DNA of 64,000 nucleotides from a virus (Duplodnaviria; Caudoviricetes): IMG/VR virus record IMGVR_UViG_3300021387_003827, positions 1 to 64,000 of that record; one strand, 5' to 3'. Shown piece by piece: positions 9,895 to 19,183 of this stretch (position 1 is its first letter; each line of letters starts with the position of its first letter). The notes under the pieces were generated by a model. It saw only the letters and a program-made list of their open reading frames with translations, ran no database searches and was not told where the DNA came from. The position numbers and the translations under genes were made by a program.

Positions 9895-10421
9895 TTCTTT
9901 TTCTTCTTTTTAAATTTGATATCAGACTCTCTATTCCTTTCTTTCAACGCTTCTCTGATTAGTTTTTCGTCTTTCTTCTCGCCTATTTTCTTTCCAGCGA
10001 GAACTCCAGCAGCAGTTCCAACTCCTGCACCAGCCAAACCAAGAAGAACGGACTTATCTGCGTTTTTTGTTTTTAGAGAACCGGCAAGAACACCACCAAG
10101 AAAACCGAGTGAGCCACCTAAACCACCGCCTGTAACTTTATTTTTAAGCGAATTAGATCTTTTAAAGTCTTCTACAGTCTTTTCTTCATCCTCATAGTCT
10201 ATGGGTCTTTTTAGTGATCCGTATTTATATCCATGCTCTTTCTCAGCCTTTTCAATATAAGGTCGAAGATTTAATTTCTTTCTATCTTTATCCTCTTCCC
10301 TAACAACTTTTGCTTGGCCCGGAGTAAGGTTGTGAAGATACCTATCATAGATTGGCGTACCACTCTCTCTGTCTTTTCTCTTCCCTGCCTCGCTAAACTC
10401 TCTTTGCCTTAGTATAATCAT
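9891..10421 (-). CDS. Leader-tagged Gly-zipper protein
   Basis: MIILRQREFS; GGGLGGSLGFLGGVLAG and GLAGAGVGTAAGVLAG; poly-Lys tail. Confidence 0.8.
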   Translation of the reverse strand: MIILRQREFSEAGKRKDRESGTPIYDRYLHNLTPGQAKVVREEDKDRKKLNLRPYIEKAEKEHGYKYGSLKRPIDYEDEEKTVEDFKRSNSLKNKVTGGGLGGSLGFLGGVLAGSLKTKNADKSVLLGLAGAGVGTAAGVLAGKKIGEKKDEKLIREALKERNRESDIKFKKKKKK

Positions 10422-10433
10422 AACTTTACACTT

Positions 10434-10496
10434 ATCTACGGGCGAAATTTTAAACGCATACCCCCCCCGTAGATTATAAATTAACAGGAAGTATAC
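10434..10496 (-). ncRNA. Putative H-type pseudoknot, copy 2
   Basis: S1 GUAUACUUCC/GGGGGUAUGC, S2 AUCUACGGG/CCCGUAGAU. Confidence 0.75.
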
Positions 10497-10555
10497 ATCG
10501 TTTTATATATAATCTCAACCTCAGGCCCGATTATATTCAAGTCTTATTGAATTGT

Positions 10556-10600
10556 AAAAGAAAACTAGAATCAGATCTTTTCATCGTCATCTAGTTTTTC
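10556..10600 (-). terminator. Intrinsic terminator
   Basis: AAAACUAGA...UCUAGUUUUCUUUU after the 10615 gene; related to 11466..11513. Confidence 0.6.
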
Positions 10601-10614
10601 ATCTTTAGAGTGTA

Positions 10615-10821
10615 TTAATTCCCAAACTCCTTCTCTAATTCACTAAATAGTTTTTGATCTTCTACTTCATCCGGATGTTCACAGAAATACTTATACTGTT
10701 CCTTCCTTCCTAGGTATCCAGATTTTGCTAAAGACTCTATTGAATACTCTCCAAGATCATTTTCATCGTATGTTACTATTTTCCCAGTACTTACATATTT
10801 AAATGTTCTCTTTTTTCCCAT
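10615..10821 (-). CDS. Small protein, paralog of 5170..5352
   Basis: GRKEQYKYFCEHPDEVEDQKL; own CCTTATAAGCG motif and terminator. Confidence 0.75.
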   Translation of the reverse strand: MGKKRTFKYVSTGKIVTYDENDLGEYSIESLAKSGYLGRKEQYKYFCEHPDEVEDQKLFSELEKEFGN

Positions 10822-10830
10822 AATAAATAT

Positions 10831-10846
10831 CTTTTCGCTTATAAGG
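10831..10846 (-). promoter_or_regulatory. Putative phage promoter CCTTATAAGCGAAAAG
   Basis: 16 nt identical to 12141..12156, both shortly upstream of an ATG. Confidence 0.6.
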
Positions 10847-10853
10847 TCTTAGA

Positions 10854-10884
10854 TCCTGTATAAGTCATTTAAACTACACCAGGA
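10854..10884 (-). other. Conserved-loop hairpin, copy 1
   Basis: UCCUG-gUGUAGUUUAAAUGACUUAUa-CAGGA; loop matches 19184..19217. Confidence 0.55.
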
Positions 10885-10892
10885 ATATAAAG

Positions 10893-11450
10893 CTACTTAT
10901 CTTCTTTCTTGGATTTCTTTTTATAAGCTTTTACCCCCATCGCTGTACCTGCTGTGGCTAATGCACCAATACCTAATCCGATAGATGCAGTTTTTATATT
11001 CCTCTTTTTTATTTCTCTTCTGATGGCCTCTTTTATCTCTTTATTGGTCATGGATGGATCGCTTGGATTAAAATCTCCTAGCTTCAGTCTTTGATCCATG
11101 GTTTTCAACCAATCACGATATGCCTCTTTTGGAGATTTATCAGACATAAATACATTAGCTACTGATCTTGGATTAGAGGTATTTATCTCTTTTCCCTGTA
11201 GTTGACGAATAAATATATTTTTGCCTTCTACCTCAACTCCTCCCTCTTTCATTGCCTTTTGAAACTTTTTTGATGCCCGCTGTTTATCCACTAACTTATC
11301 ATAAGCTCCGTCATACTCTTTGGTATGTGGATTTAGTTTCTTTGAGTCTTGGTAAATTACATCATCCAAAGCACGATCGCCGGGCTGTGATAAAAGAATT
11401 GACTCCCCTTTCTTCTTTTTAGAGAATAGCTTTTGTCTCTTAATTATCAT
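10893..11450 (-). CDS. Leader-tagged tail-anchored protein, paralog of 19951..20487
   Basis: MIIKRQKLFS; shared AYRDxL...QR...GD...NKEIKxAIR; C-terminal IGLGIGALATAGTAMGVKAYKKK. Confidence 0.8.
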   Translation of the reverse strand: MIIKRQKLFSKKKKGESILLSQPGDRALDDVIYQDSKKLNPHTKEYDGAYDKLVDKQRASKKFQKAMKEGGVEVEGKNIFIRQLQGKEINTSNPRSVANVFMSDKSPKEAYRDWLKTMDQRLKLGDFNPSDPSMTNKEIKEAIRREIKKRNIKTASIGLGIGALATAGTAMGVKAYKKKSKKEDK

Positions 11451-11465
11451 AATTATTGTTTGTAT

Positions 11466-11513
11466 AAAAGAAAACTAGATATGAAAGCTTAATCTTCTTC
11501 ATTACCTAGTTTC
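11466..11513 (-). terminator. Intrinsic terminator overlapping the stop of the reconstructed YoeB-like frame
   Basis: AAACUAGGUAAUGAAG...UUUCAUAUCUAGUUUUCUUUU. Confidence 0.6.
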
Positions 11514-11935
11514 ACTGTATGTTCCTTGTCCGTATATCGTATGTCCTATGAGAGATTGAATAACTACCGGGAGAGATGCTACTCTATTTTTCTCATCTAA
11601 TTCATAAGGGTATATGATATAGTCAAATCTGTCGGGGACATTTATAGACTTAGTAAACCGCTGTCTTGTTGGTCCGGATTTATCAGCTAAATAATGTGTA
11701 TCTCCACCTTTCGGGCCATCAGTATATAAAATCCGTCTTTAAGATCTTTTCTAAATTGCCTTACTGTAGCTTTATCTATGGATCCTAGAACAGCCATATC
11801 TTTATTATACTGTTTAGTTTCACTTACACGAATTTCAATCTTATCGTATTTTCCTGCCCACTCGTCGGGAATAGAAAATGGTTCTGGCAGCGGATCTCTT
11901 CTAGGTTCACTATAAATCTTCCTCTTTATCACCAT
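11502..11935 (-). pseudogene. Frameshifted leader-tagged RelE/YoeB(Txe)-like endoribonuclease
   Basis: MVIKRKIYS...KDLKDGF, then a frame change at 11721-11734 continues TDGPKGGDTHYLADKSGPTRQRFTKSINVPDRFDYIIYP...VVIQSLIGHT; span 434 nt, 1 nt short of an intact frame. Confidence 0.6.
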
Positions 11936-12128
11936 ATCCCATTTCCTCCAATTCTGACTCTGAGAATAATTTAAGTCTGGCTTCTTTTGATTTAGGCATA
12001 GCAAGGATCCCCATTTTTATAGCCTCTCGCGGACTCATAGACTTTCCCCTCTCAAATCTCTCAGTGGTTACGGTAGTTCCTTTTCCGTCTACTTCCCAAG
12101 TTCTTTTCTCATAGATATATTTACTCAT
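11910..12128 (-). CDS. Small protein, candidate antitoxin
   Basis: Overlaps start of the YoeB-like gene; own CCTTATAAGCG motif; acidic C-terminus. Confidence 0.6.
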   Translation of the reverse strand: MSKYIYEKRTWEVDGKGTTVTTERFERGKSMSPREAIKMGILAMPKSKEARLKLFSESELEEMGYGDKEEDL

Positions 12129-12140
12129 ATACTTTTTATT

Positions 12141-12156
12141 CTTTTCGCTTATAAGG
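12141..12156 (-). promoter_or_regulatory. Putative phage promoter CCTTATAAGCGAAAAG
   Basis: Identical to 10831..10846. Confidence 0.6.
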
Positions 12157-12220
12157 CCTTGGAGATGAAATACTTTACTTTTTTATTCCATCGGCCTTGG
12201 ATATTCAGGTTTTGTTGTTT

Positions 12221-13765
12221 TCATAATATTCTAACCTCCGGAATCTTTACGTTATTAGGTTTGCCTTCAAATATTACCCTCTCCAAAATCTTTGAAATTC
12301 CAGTATAAGACTCTTTTGTATATGGGATCTCAATAAAAGTTATGTTATGAGATTTACAATATTCTTTGACATTATTATCTCGATCAATGTGCTTTTTGAA
12401 AACCTCTATTTTCTCCTCTCTTGTGAGGCCTGCATACGCTGGAGTTTTAGATAGGAGTCCAGTATCTCTAAAAACATAGTGCTGTTCTCCATTATATTCG
12501 ACCCAATATTCTTTTCCATCCAAAACGATTCTGAAATCTATAATAACTCTCATCGTATTAATGCCTTGAATCTCTCCATCTACGATGTATTGAAATTTAG
12601 AAAAATTCAGGAGATTGTTATTCAATAACCAAAGATATATTAGTCGTTCCCCACTTGACATATTTCTGGTACAGTTTCCCACACCATTAACATGATTCCC
12701 CGGTTGTTGGTAGAAATCTTCATCAAAAATCTTATCATGGATGAGCATATTCTTCTTCATCCCTTTAAAGTTCTCTAGCTTATATTCATAGGAGTCTCCA
12801 TGAACTTTTTTGGATTTTTTAACAAATCTTTCAAAACTTCTCCTCCTTTTTAGTTCTAAATTACACTTTCTGCTGCAGCACTCTTGACCGCCTCTTCTAC
12901 TTCCTTTGGCATGGTGTGGAATTGGTTTTCCACAAATAGGACATAACTTAGGGTTTTTGTAATACTCTTTTGAAATTGATGATTTAAAGTGTGAGATATC
13001 AATATTATTGGATTTTATAAATTTTTTTATCTTATCACTGTTCCATCCATTTTGTGTTTCTCCAAGTAAACCCAAAACTTCCAGGATACTAGTACTATTT
13101 TTTATGGCTCTTAAAATCTCCTCCTTGCTGTGTCTTATTAGAAAGTTGTTACTCTCTTTTCTTTCCTTTTTAATCTTCCATCCTCGAGTAATCCATGACC
13201 ACATGGTCTTATTCCCCATCAGTTTTCCGTCAAAAAAGTAATTAATAACTGAACTACATTGGCCAATTGGATTTCCATCTGGACCATGATTTAAACATTG
13301 AAGGGAGATTTTATCGTGGAATTTACTTATTTCAGGAACATTAGAAAAATCATATACAACACCGTAGTTCTTATACTGGTTATTATACCAAAACTTAATT
13401 AAATCTTCTTTATGCACAAAGATTTTATTATTGTGACTAGAAAATTCGGATTTAAAATAGTCTATATCCTTAAGAAACTTTTCTATTAAATAATTCTTAG
13501 CAAAAGGAAATTTATCCTGTCCTGGATAGAACTCAGATATGTATCTGCTGAACCACTCATAAGAGTATTTATCACTAGGGTTGAGCTTAAGAATGACTAT
13601 AGTTATCCAATTAAAAACTTCTTCCTCGCTTATATATAATTTTATTACATCCAATCTTAAATATTTTCTTTTAGGTGGGTAGTAGTATTTGGCTCTTCCA
13701 TTAACTACAATTTTTAAATCCTTTGGAAAATAGTGCGATATTGGAACTAGTGCTTTTTCTTCCAT
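12221..13765 (-). CDS. Free-standing homing-type endonuclease (Vsr/DUF559-like PD-(D/E)xK C-domain, Zn ribbons)
   Basis: SSGERLIYLWL...IDF...VEYNGEQHY...RDNNVKEYC...IEIPY; CPICG and CSRKC; KKVHGDSYEY repeat unit. Confidence 0.8.
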   Translation of the reverse strand: MEEKALVPISHYFPKDLKIVVNGRAKYYYPPKRKYLRLDVIKLYISEEEVFNWITIVILKLNPSDKYSYEWFSRYISEFYPGQDKFPFAKNYLIEKFLKDIDYFKSEFSSHNNKIFVHKEDLIKFWYNNQYKNYGVVYDFSNVPEISKFHDKISLQCLNHGPDGNPIGQCSSVINYFFDGKLMGNKTMWSWITRGWKIKKERKESNNFLIRHSKEEILRAIKNSTSILEVLGLLGETQNGWNSDKIKKFIKSNNIDISHFKSSISKEYYKNPKLCPICGKPIPHHAKGSRRGGQECCSRKCNLELKRRRSFERFVKKSKKVHGDSYEYKLENFKGMKKNMLIHDKIFDEDFYQQPGNHVNGVGNCTRNMSSGERLIYLWLLNNNLLNFSKFQYIVDGEIQGINTMRVIIDFRIVLDGKEYWVEYNGEQHYVFRDTGLLSKTPAYAGLTREEKIEVFKKHIDRDNNVKEYCKSHNITFIEIPYTKESYTGISKILERVIFEGKPNNVKIPEVRIL

Positions 13766-13774
13766 CTAATTTTA

Positions 13775-14533
13775 TTACTTCTTTTTATTCCACTTGCCCA
13801 TTTTATAGCTCTGCAATGCCCTCTGGCCGGCTTCTTTGCTAGAATATTTTGCTTTCCAGAATACTTTTCCGTTGATATTTATAATTCTCCAATTTCCGTC
13901 TTTATCTTTTTGTACGACCCCAGACTTCTTCGCTTTCTCAAGAATATCCTCCGGAACGGGCTCTCTGGCATCACTGAATTTCTTCTCTTCCTTGTGTTTT
14001 CGTGCCAGCTTATAGGCTCCATACACAGCGGCAGTACCAAGAAGACCTGCGGCAGCTAATTTCCTACCATTCCCGCGAGCCTCCTTCATTCTCTTCCCAG
14101 CTTCCTCTTCTATTGCCTTTAATTTTTCTCCCTTAGATTTGGCGATATTTTCCAAGATCTCCTTTTCTCTCTTTTCTCCTTTCTCCAGGGCTTCTTTTAT
14201 ATTCTTAGTCTTTATATCGTGAATAGCATCAATTTTCTTTCCCTTAAATAATCCCCTAACCTCAGATTCAGCCTTCTTTGCTGCATTTTTCGCTTTTTCT
14301 ACTTCCTCTAGGGTAGTTTTATTATTCTTTAGGATATCTTGATTTTTCTGGGATTCCATTAAATTCTCCAGTCTCTTCTCTTGTGCTTCTTTTCCTGCCT
14401 TAGCTTCTTTCTCGCCCCATTTTCTAAAAGATCTTCCAGCGGCCAGTGAAGCCCCAGATCCGGCAACTATAATACCAGCACCGACCGGATCTATTTTCCT
14501 CTTCTTTTTATCTTCATTCCTCTTTACTTTCAT
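13775..14533 (-). CDS. Basic protein with two hydrophobic segments and an internal KKFS site
   Basis: PVGAGIIVAGSGASLAAG; LAAAGLLGTAAVYGAY; EEKKFS precedes a distinct C-terminal domain. Confidence 0.75.
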   Translation of the reverse strand: MKVKRNEDKKKRKIDPVGAGIIVAGSGASLAAGRSFRKWGEKEAKAGKEAQEKRLENLMESQKNQDILKNNKTTLEEVEKAKNAAKKAESEVRGLFKGKKIDAIHDIKTKNIKEALEKGEKREKEILENIAKSKGEKLKAIEEEAGKRMKEARGNGRKLAAAGLLGTAAVYGAYKLARKHKEEKKFSDAREPVPEDILEKAKKSGVVQKDKDGNWRIININGKVFWKAKYSSKEAGQRALQSYKMGKWNKKK

Positions 14534-15026
14534 AATCTTCGAGTAATTTTATAAGTCTTGTCAGGTATTTTACAGCCGAGAGATCATTATTCTTCCTTGC
14601 CAGACTTTTTGATTCTCTGAACATTGAGATTAATTTTCTCTCTTCTATCTCACCTTTATCTTCCGACCCGGTATATAAGTGTAGAGATTCTTTTTTCCAA
14701 ACCAGGAATATTCTTGGTTTGATTATATATAGAATAACTTCATCTATATGTCTTGGTCCTATAGCAGAATGAGAAGGTATGGGTTGATCTAAGATATAAT
14801 AGTCTCCCTTTATACCTTCTCGTAGTTTCTGCAATATTGTATCAGAAAAAATCCTATCATAAGTGTCGTATTTCTTTGTTTCAGAATATCGAAGAGCTAT
14901 ATTTTTCTTCGTAATTCTCGATTTTGGAATATACCAACCATCTCGCTGAGGGAGATCTTTGTCGGAACTTCGATTACACTGAAGCTCTGACTTATTTCTA
15001 TAGGATTTATTTCTTCTTCTTATCAT
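14514..15026 (-). CDS. Hypothetical protein, degenerate leader MIRRRNKSY
   Basis: Coupled to neighbours. Confidence 0.65.
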   Translation of the reverse strand: MIRRRNKSYRNKSELQCNRSSDKDLPQRDGWYIPKSRITKKNIALRYSETKKYDTYDRIFSDTILQKLREGIKGDYYILDQPIPSHSAIGPRHIDEVILYIIKPRIFLVWKKESLHLYTGSEDKGEIEERKLISMFRESKSLARKNNDLSAVKYLTRLIKLLEDYESKEE

Positions 15027-15523
15027 AATTTAATTCTGGCTTCAAAATCTTTTATACATTCTTTAACATCTGCCTTTGGATCTTTTTCAAGATCTTCTCC
15101 GGAATCTAGGGCTCTCATTTCTTTTCTATAGTATGCATTTCCATGTTCTGGTATATAGCCCCTGAATTTCTTCCCGTCCCAATATATCATAAGGAGGACA
15201 GGAACTTGCCAATCTCCTCCTGCATATCCTAAGAGAAAGGGTATTCCGGTTTTAGTAAATCTAATTCCACCGGAGATATCATGATTCTCCCAGTCAAAAT
15301 CTATTTTCTTGAAATCGTCTTGGAGTGGAGAGTTAAATCCAGTTATTTGATAAAAGAAATTTCCTGGCGTATGTCTTACGTGGTCTTCTGAAGAATTTTT
15401 ATCCAACCAGTCATACATTTTGATCTTAAATTCTTCTTCACTCATCTTTGGTGCAACTCTACCTTTCTTTGGAAGAGGTACATCTAAGTTTAAAGAGAAT
15501 GATTTATTTCGAAGTAGTATCAT
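15023..15523 (-). CDS. Leader-tagged hypothetical globular protein
   Basis: MILLRNKSFS; DFDWEN...AGGDWQVPV...YWDGKKFRGYIP. Confidence 0.75.
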   Translation of the reverse strand: MILLRNKSFSLNLDVPLPKKGRVAPKMSEEEFKIKMYDWLDKNSSEDHVRHTPGNFFYQITGFNSPLQDDFKKIDFDWENHDISGGIRFTKTGIPFLLGYAGGDWQVPVLLMIYWDGKKFRGYIPEHGNAYYRKEMRALDSGEDLEKDPKADVKECIKDFEARIKL

Positions 15524-15602
15524 AAGCTTAAAATTAATACTATAATATCAATAAGGTTTGGTGTATAGTATTGAAGTGATAATATAAACGACATCATAAC
15601 TT

Positions 15603-17504
15603 TTACCATAAATTTTCAAGCATGTCCTGGAAAGTCTTGGCTGCTTCTTCTCTAGGGTCTTTAGTAATATTACCCATAGCTTGCATTGTTTTTGTAATTC
15701 CACCACCAGCTCCAGTTTCCAAGTATTCAGAATATTTCAGGAAACAAGAATATAAAGAACCACAAGCTGCATCGAAGAGATCTTTAGTTCCGGGTAAATT
15801 ATTATTCGTATTCTTCCCGGCATAATCAAATTCGGTACAGCTAGATACAAGGGGGTGGTCCAGTTTTATATGTTCGCCCCTTGCTCCATTTGTAGTTACT
15901 CTTATCTCAGAACACTCTCGTAGAAAAACATTATTATATGGCATCTCTAGTCTTCCAGTATTAACTACATTCTTGAACATAATTCCAGCATCCATAGTCT
16001 TATCGATGGAAATAGATTTATATTCAATACCATCTCTCTCTAGACTTTGGAATATACCGGCGGAAGCAAAAGAGTCAGCACTGAAGGTGACTGTATACCC
16101 ATTCTTTGTGAGATCCTTTATAAATTCATACAAGTGGTCCAAAGAAGTTGCCTGTCCCTTTAATCTAGATACACCAAATATGAGTGGTATTCTAAAACAA
16201 GGATAAGACGCATTTCCTATCTGTTTCTCCCCGGTATAATAACATAAGGAGACTCCAGTTATATCTTTCTTTAGGCCTATATCATAATGAACAAATAGAT
16301 GTGTTCCTCTTGGTATTCTCCAAATCATTTCCTGAACATGATTATATATTCTGTCCTCTTTATTATAGAAATCAACTACAATTGTTTCAGGGGCAAGATT
16401 TCTGATAGACGATGCTTTTATGACAGAACTTAAGTCTCCGCCGAAGAATAGATCTTGTCCAGAGTATGGAATACCAGCCAAGTCTTGAAGATTTCGTACA
16501 GGGTTGGCAAGGAAAAGGTGTTTGGCAGATATCGGAACATTTATAATTCTGTCTGGATCTAATCCTGCCTTTATTATATCCTCATCATCTTCTATAACCC
16601 GAGGCATTTGTTTTGAATCTCCTTTATACATCCTGAATGTTTGACCTTTAGATTCTGCATAAAGCTCTGGTCTTACTTCCCATTGGCTTGGAGATAAACG
16701 GAAAAGCTCATTTGAAGGAACAATCTCTTCAAATCTCTGAGAAGCGCCATGATCTGCGTCCTTAGCACTGGAATCCGCTACTACCCCTCCGAACCAAGAT
16801 CTTTTATTAGCGAAACGAGAATTATAACGGGTTAGTACTTCATCCATCTTACTTACAGCATCTTGTGGTCTCCAGAATCCCAGCTCACTTAATACCGTAT
16901 ATATAAGCTGAGTACCAAGAACTGAACCAGTCGATTGTGGTCCAGAGGCAATAAGACGAACTGGTGGATTATTATATTGTGCTTGGAAATATGGACTTTG
17001 AGAAAATACAAATTTATAAAAGTCTACGAAATCTTTTGCTGCTACATTGAAATTTGCATGGAAAAAACCAAAAGCCAGTTTAGTACCACCAGCTAGGCCA
17101 ATACTTTTATAGACGTTTGTACAACAATCCAGCTTATGATAGTTGTACATTCCTATGATTTTGCTTATAAAACTCTTTCCGGTTCCGACAGCTCCTCCAA
17201 AACTTATGTACGGATATCTATTAAACATCGGGGAGGGAAACATATCTTGTAATTTGTCTACCCAGAACTGAAATACTCCCTTTCCGTGATTTGTAATCTG
17301 CTCTCCGCCAAGAAAGTAGTCATCAAAAAGAAAAGTTAAGATATCTACCGGAACATGATCCATACCAAGAAACTTAGCCATTACAATATTTTTCTCTTCT
17401 TCAGATAGACTATCATAAAATTTTCCCACACTATCAGTTAGATCTGGGATATTATTTAAATCTAATGGAGCAGTTGGGTCTTTATGTTCTATAAATTTAC
17501 TCAT
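15603..17504 (-). CDS. Terminase large subunit
   Basis: Walker A GAVGTGKS; Walker B-like YTVLSE; motif III-like DSS; RNase H nuclease HYDIGLKKD, SADSF, DHP...KDLFDA. Confidence 0.85.
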   Translation of the reverse strand: MSKFIEHKDPTAPLDLNNIPDLTDSVGKFYDSLSEEEKNIVMAKFLGMDHVPVDILTFLFDDYFLGGEQITNHGKGVFQFWVDKLQDMFPSPMFNRYPYISFGGAVGTGKSFISKIIGMYNYHKLDCCTNVYKSIGLAGGTKLAFGFFHANFNVAAKDFVDFYKFVFSQSPYFQAQYNNPPVRLIASGPQSTGSVLGTQLIYTVLSELGFWRPQDAVSKMDEVLTRYNSRFANKRSWFGGVVADSSAKDADHGASQRFEEIVPSNELFRLSPSQWEVRPELYAESKGQTFRMYKGDSKQMPRVIEDDEDIIKAGLDPDRIINVPISAKHLFLANPVRNLQDLAGIPYSGQDLFFGGDLSSVIKASSIRNLAPETIVVDFYNKEDRIYNHVQEMIWRIPRGTHLFVHYDIGLKKDITGVSLCYYTGEKQIGNASYPCFRIPLIFGVSRLKGQATSLDHLYEFIKDLTKNGYTVTFSADSFASAGIFQSLERDGIEYKSISIDKTMDAGIMFKNVVNTGRLEMPYNNVFLRECSEIRVTTNGARGEHIKLDHPLVSSCTEFDYAGKNTNNNLPGTKDLFDAACGSLYSCFLKYSEYLETGAGGGITKTMQAMGNITKDPREEAAKTFQDMLENLW

Positions 17505-17511
17505 ATCTTCC

Positions 17512-19125
17512 CTATATTAAATTATTCTTTTTTAAAATTTGATCTCTATCTTTGACCTCTCTATACCACTTAGTTGGATCATTTCCATCAACAATAACAT
17601 CGTCAAGCACTTCCCAAACTTTGCTAACAATATGTATATTGTATGGTATTATAATTAATGTAATTCCAGAAGCCTTGCAGTGCTCCTCTTCACACCAATC
17701 ACGAATAACTTGTCTTTCGTAGTATTCTCGATCTTGTCCAAATCCTCTGGTATTTATGTAGTGTTGTTCACCGTTGTATTCTATCCAGAAAATTTTTCCA
17801 TCTTTGCTTTTATATATGAAGTCAACCAGTATATAGTCTTTATTTATGTTTGGAAACTTAAGGTCGCAATTATTTATTTGAACCTGTTCATTCAGTCCAG
17901 TCAAAAGATCATTCTTTTCAAACCACTGATAAACTAAGCTTTCTCCAAACGACCTGCTTTTTCCATACTTCTCTTCTCTACAGAATGGACACACAATCTC
18001 ATGCCCTAATCTTGGCTGATTAAACTTTATATCCCAAGGACTAAGCCAGATCTCTCTTTCCGGGTGGTTTTTACAGAATAGAAGTAGCTTAGTGTTGCTG
18101 TCAACATAGGTAGCTTGGCTTGAGTCTAGTTCTGGATGTTCTTCATTCAACCACTTAAAGAACTCCTCTGCCTCTTGTGCTCGTCTGGCTGCACTCATTT
18201 TTTCACTACAACATCCAGGACAAGCTGTTTGATGATAGTTTAAGAACCCAAGTGGGTTTACTTCAAAGGTTTCGTTGTGCTTATTACAGTGGACAGAAAT
18301 TTTATCTCTACATTCAGTAAAGACCACATCAGATAGATCATAGTACTCTAGCTCTGGATATAATCTCTTTTTCCACTCTGACTTAAACCACTCAGTCTTT
18401 TCTTCAACTTCTCTTTCTTTAACACACCGACTACATAAACCTAAGTTCTTCTTAATTCTACGGTTTATGGTAGTCGGGGTCATCCAAATCTCTTCGTTTG
18501 GGTGTTTTTTACAAACGAGTTGAACAGGAGTAGTATAATTAATATAATTTATTTTTGAAGTATCAATATCTTTAGTATATCCAAGTATTTTAGAAATAAG
18601 AATCTCTTTTTTCTTTTCTACCTTGGACATCTTTTTATTTCCCAGTCGTTTATCTTGTTCCCTCTTAATCAATGTTCTTAGCTCTGTTGGAGTTTTATTA
18701 ACCTCTTTTCCATCAGGAGAAACGATCTTAAACTTCCCAAGACATCCCTCATATTTTTCAATATCATAAGAATATCCTTCAAAATTCTCCTCTAAAAACC
18801 TAAGGAACCTTCTTTTTCCGTTTTCAAAATTTTTTCTTATTGTCGTTTTCTCTGACTCCTCTTTGCACTTTGGACAAGACACTGATCCTGGGTTCAAAAG
18901 TTGACCAGGAGTTTCCCAAAACCACTCATCATGCTTTTTACAGTATATTTTTATTGGGGTCTTCTTTCCATTATACTTAGCCTCAGAGAAATCAAGAAAG
19001 TCCAATTCTGGTCTTTTTGTTCTAATGTCTTGTATAAATTCTTGTATTGTTTTCTTCTTACCCATATATTTTCCTCTCATCCTCCTAGTTATTAAAAGTT
19101 GAGAGATTACTACTACGGTGGCCAA
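17512..19125 (-). CDS. Free-standing homing-type endonuclease, paralog of 12221..13765 (start probably 19080 or 19065)
   Basis: Repeated YxxxxTxxxxxCxxH...CPxC units; SFGESLV...VDF...IEYNGEQHY...RD...IIIPY. Confidence 0.8.
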   Translation of the reverse strand: MATVVVISQLLITRRMRGKYMGKKKTIQEFIQDIRTKRPELDFLDFSEAKYNGKKTPIKIYCKKHDEWFWETPGQLLNPGSVSCPKCKEESEKTTIRKNFENGKRRFLRFLEENFEGYSYDIEKYEGCLGKFKIVSPDGKEVNKTPTELRTLIKREQDKRLGNKKMSKVEKKKEILISKILGYTKDIDTSKINYINYTTPVQLVCKKHPNEEIWMTPTTINRRIKKNLGLCSRCVKEREVEEKTEWFKSEWKKRLYPELEYYDLSDVVFTECRDKISVHCNKHNETFEVNPLGFLNYHQTACPGCCSEKMSAARRAQEAEEFFKWLNEEHPELDSSQATYVDSNTKLLLFCKNHPEREIWLSPWDIKFNQPRLGHEIVCPFCREEKYGKSRSFGESLVYQWFEKNDLLTGLNEQVQINNCDLKFPNINKDYILVDFIYKSKDGKIFWIEYNGEQHYINTRGFGQDREYYERQVIRDWCEEEHCKASGITLIIIPYNIHIVSKVWEVLDDVIVDGNDPTKWYREVKDRDQILKKNNLI

Positions 19126-19183
19126 ACCTTTTCATAATCTCTCGAAGTGATATAACGGAGGAATTTTATTATATCACTATTAG

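Noticed and set aside
15603-19125. Group I intron or intein splitting the terminase
   Set aside because: Terminase has ATPase and nuclease motifs in one ORF; the endonuclease is outside it and no intron core was recognised.
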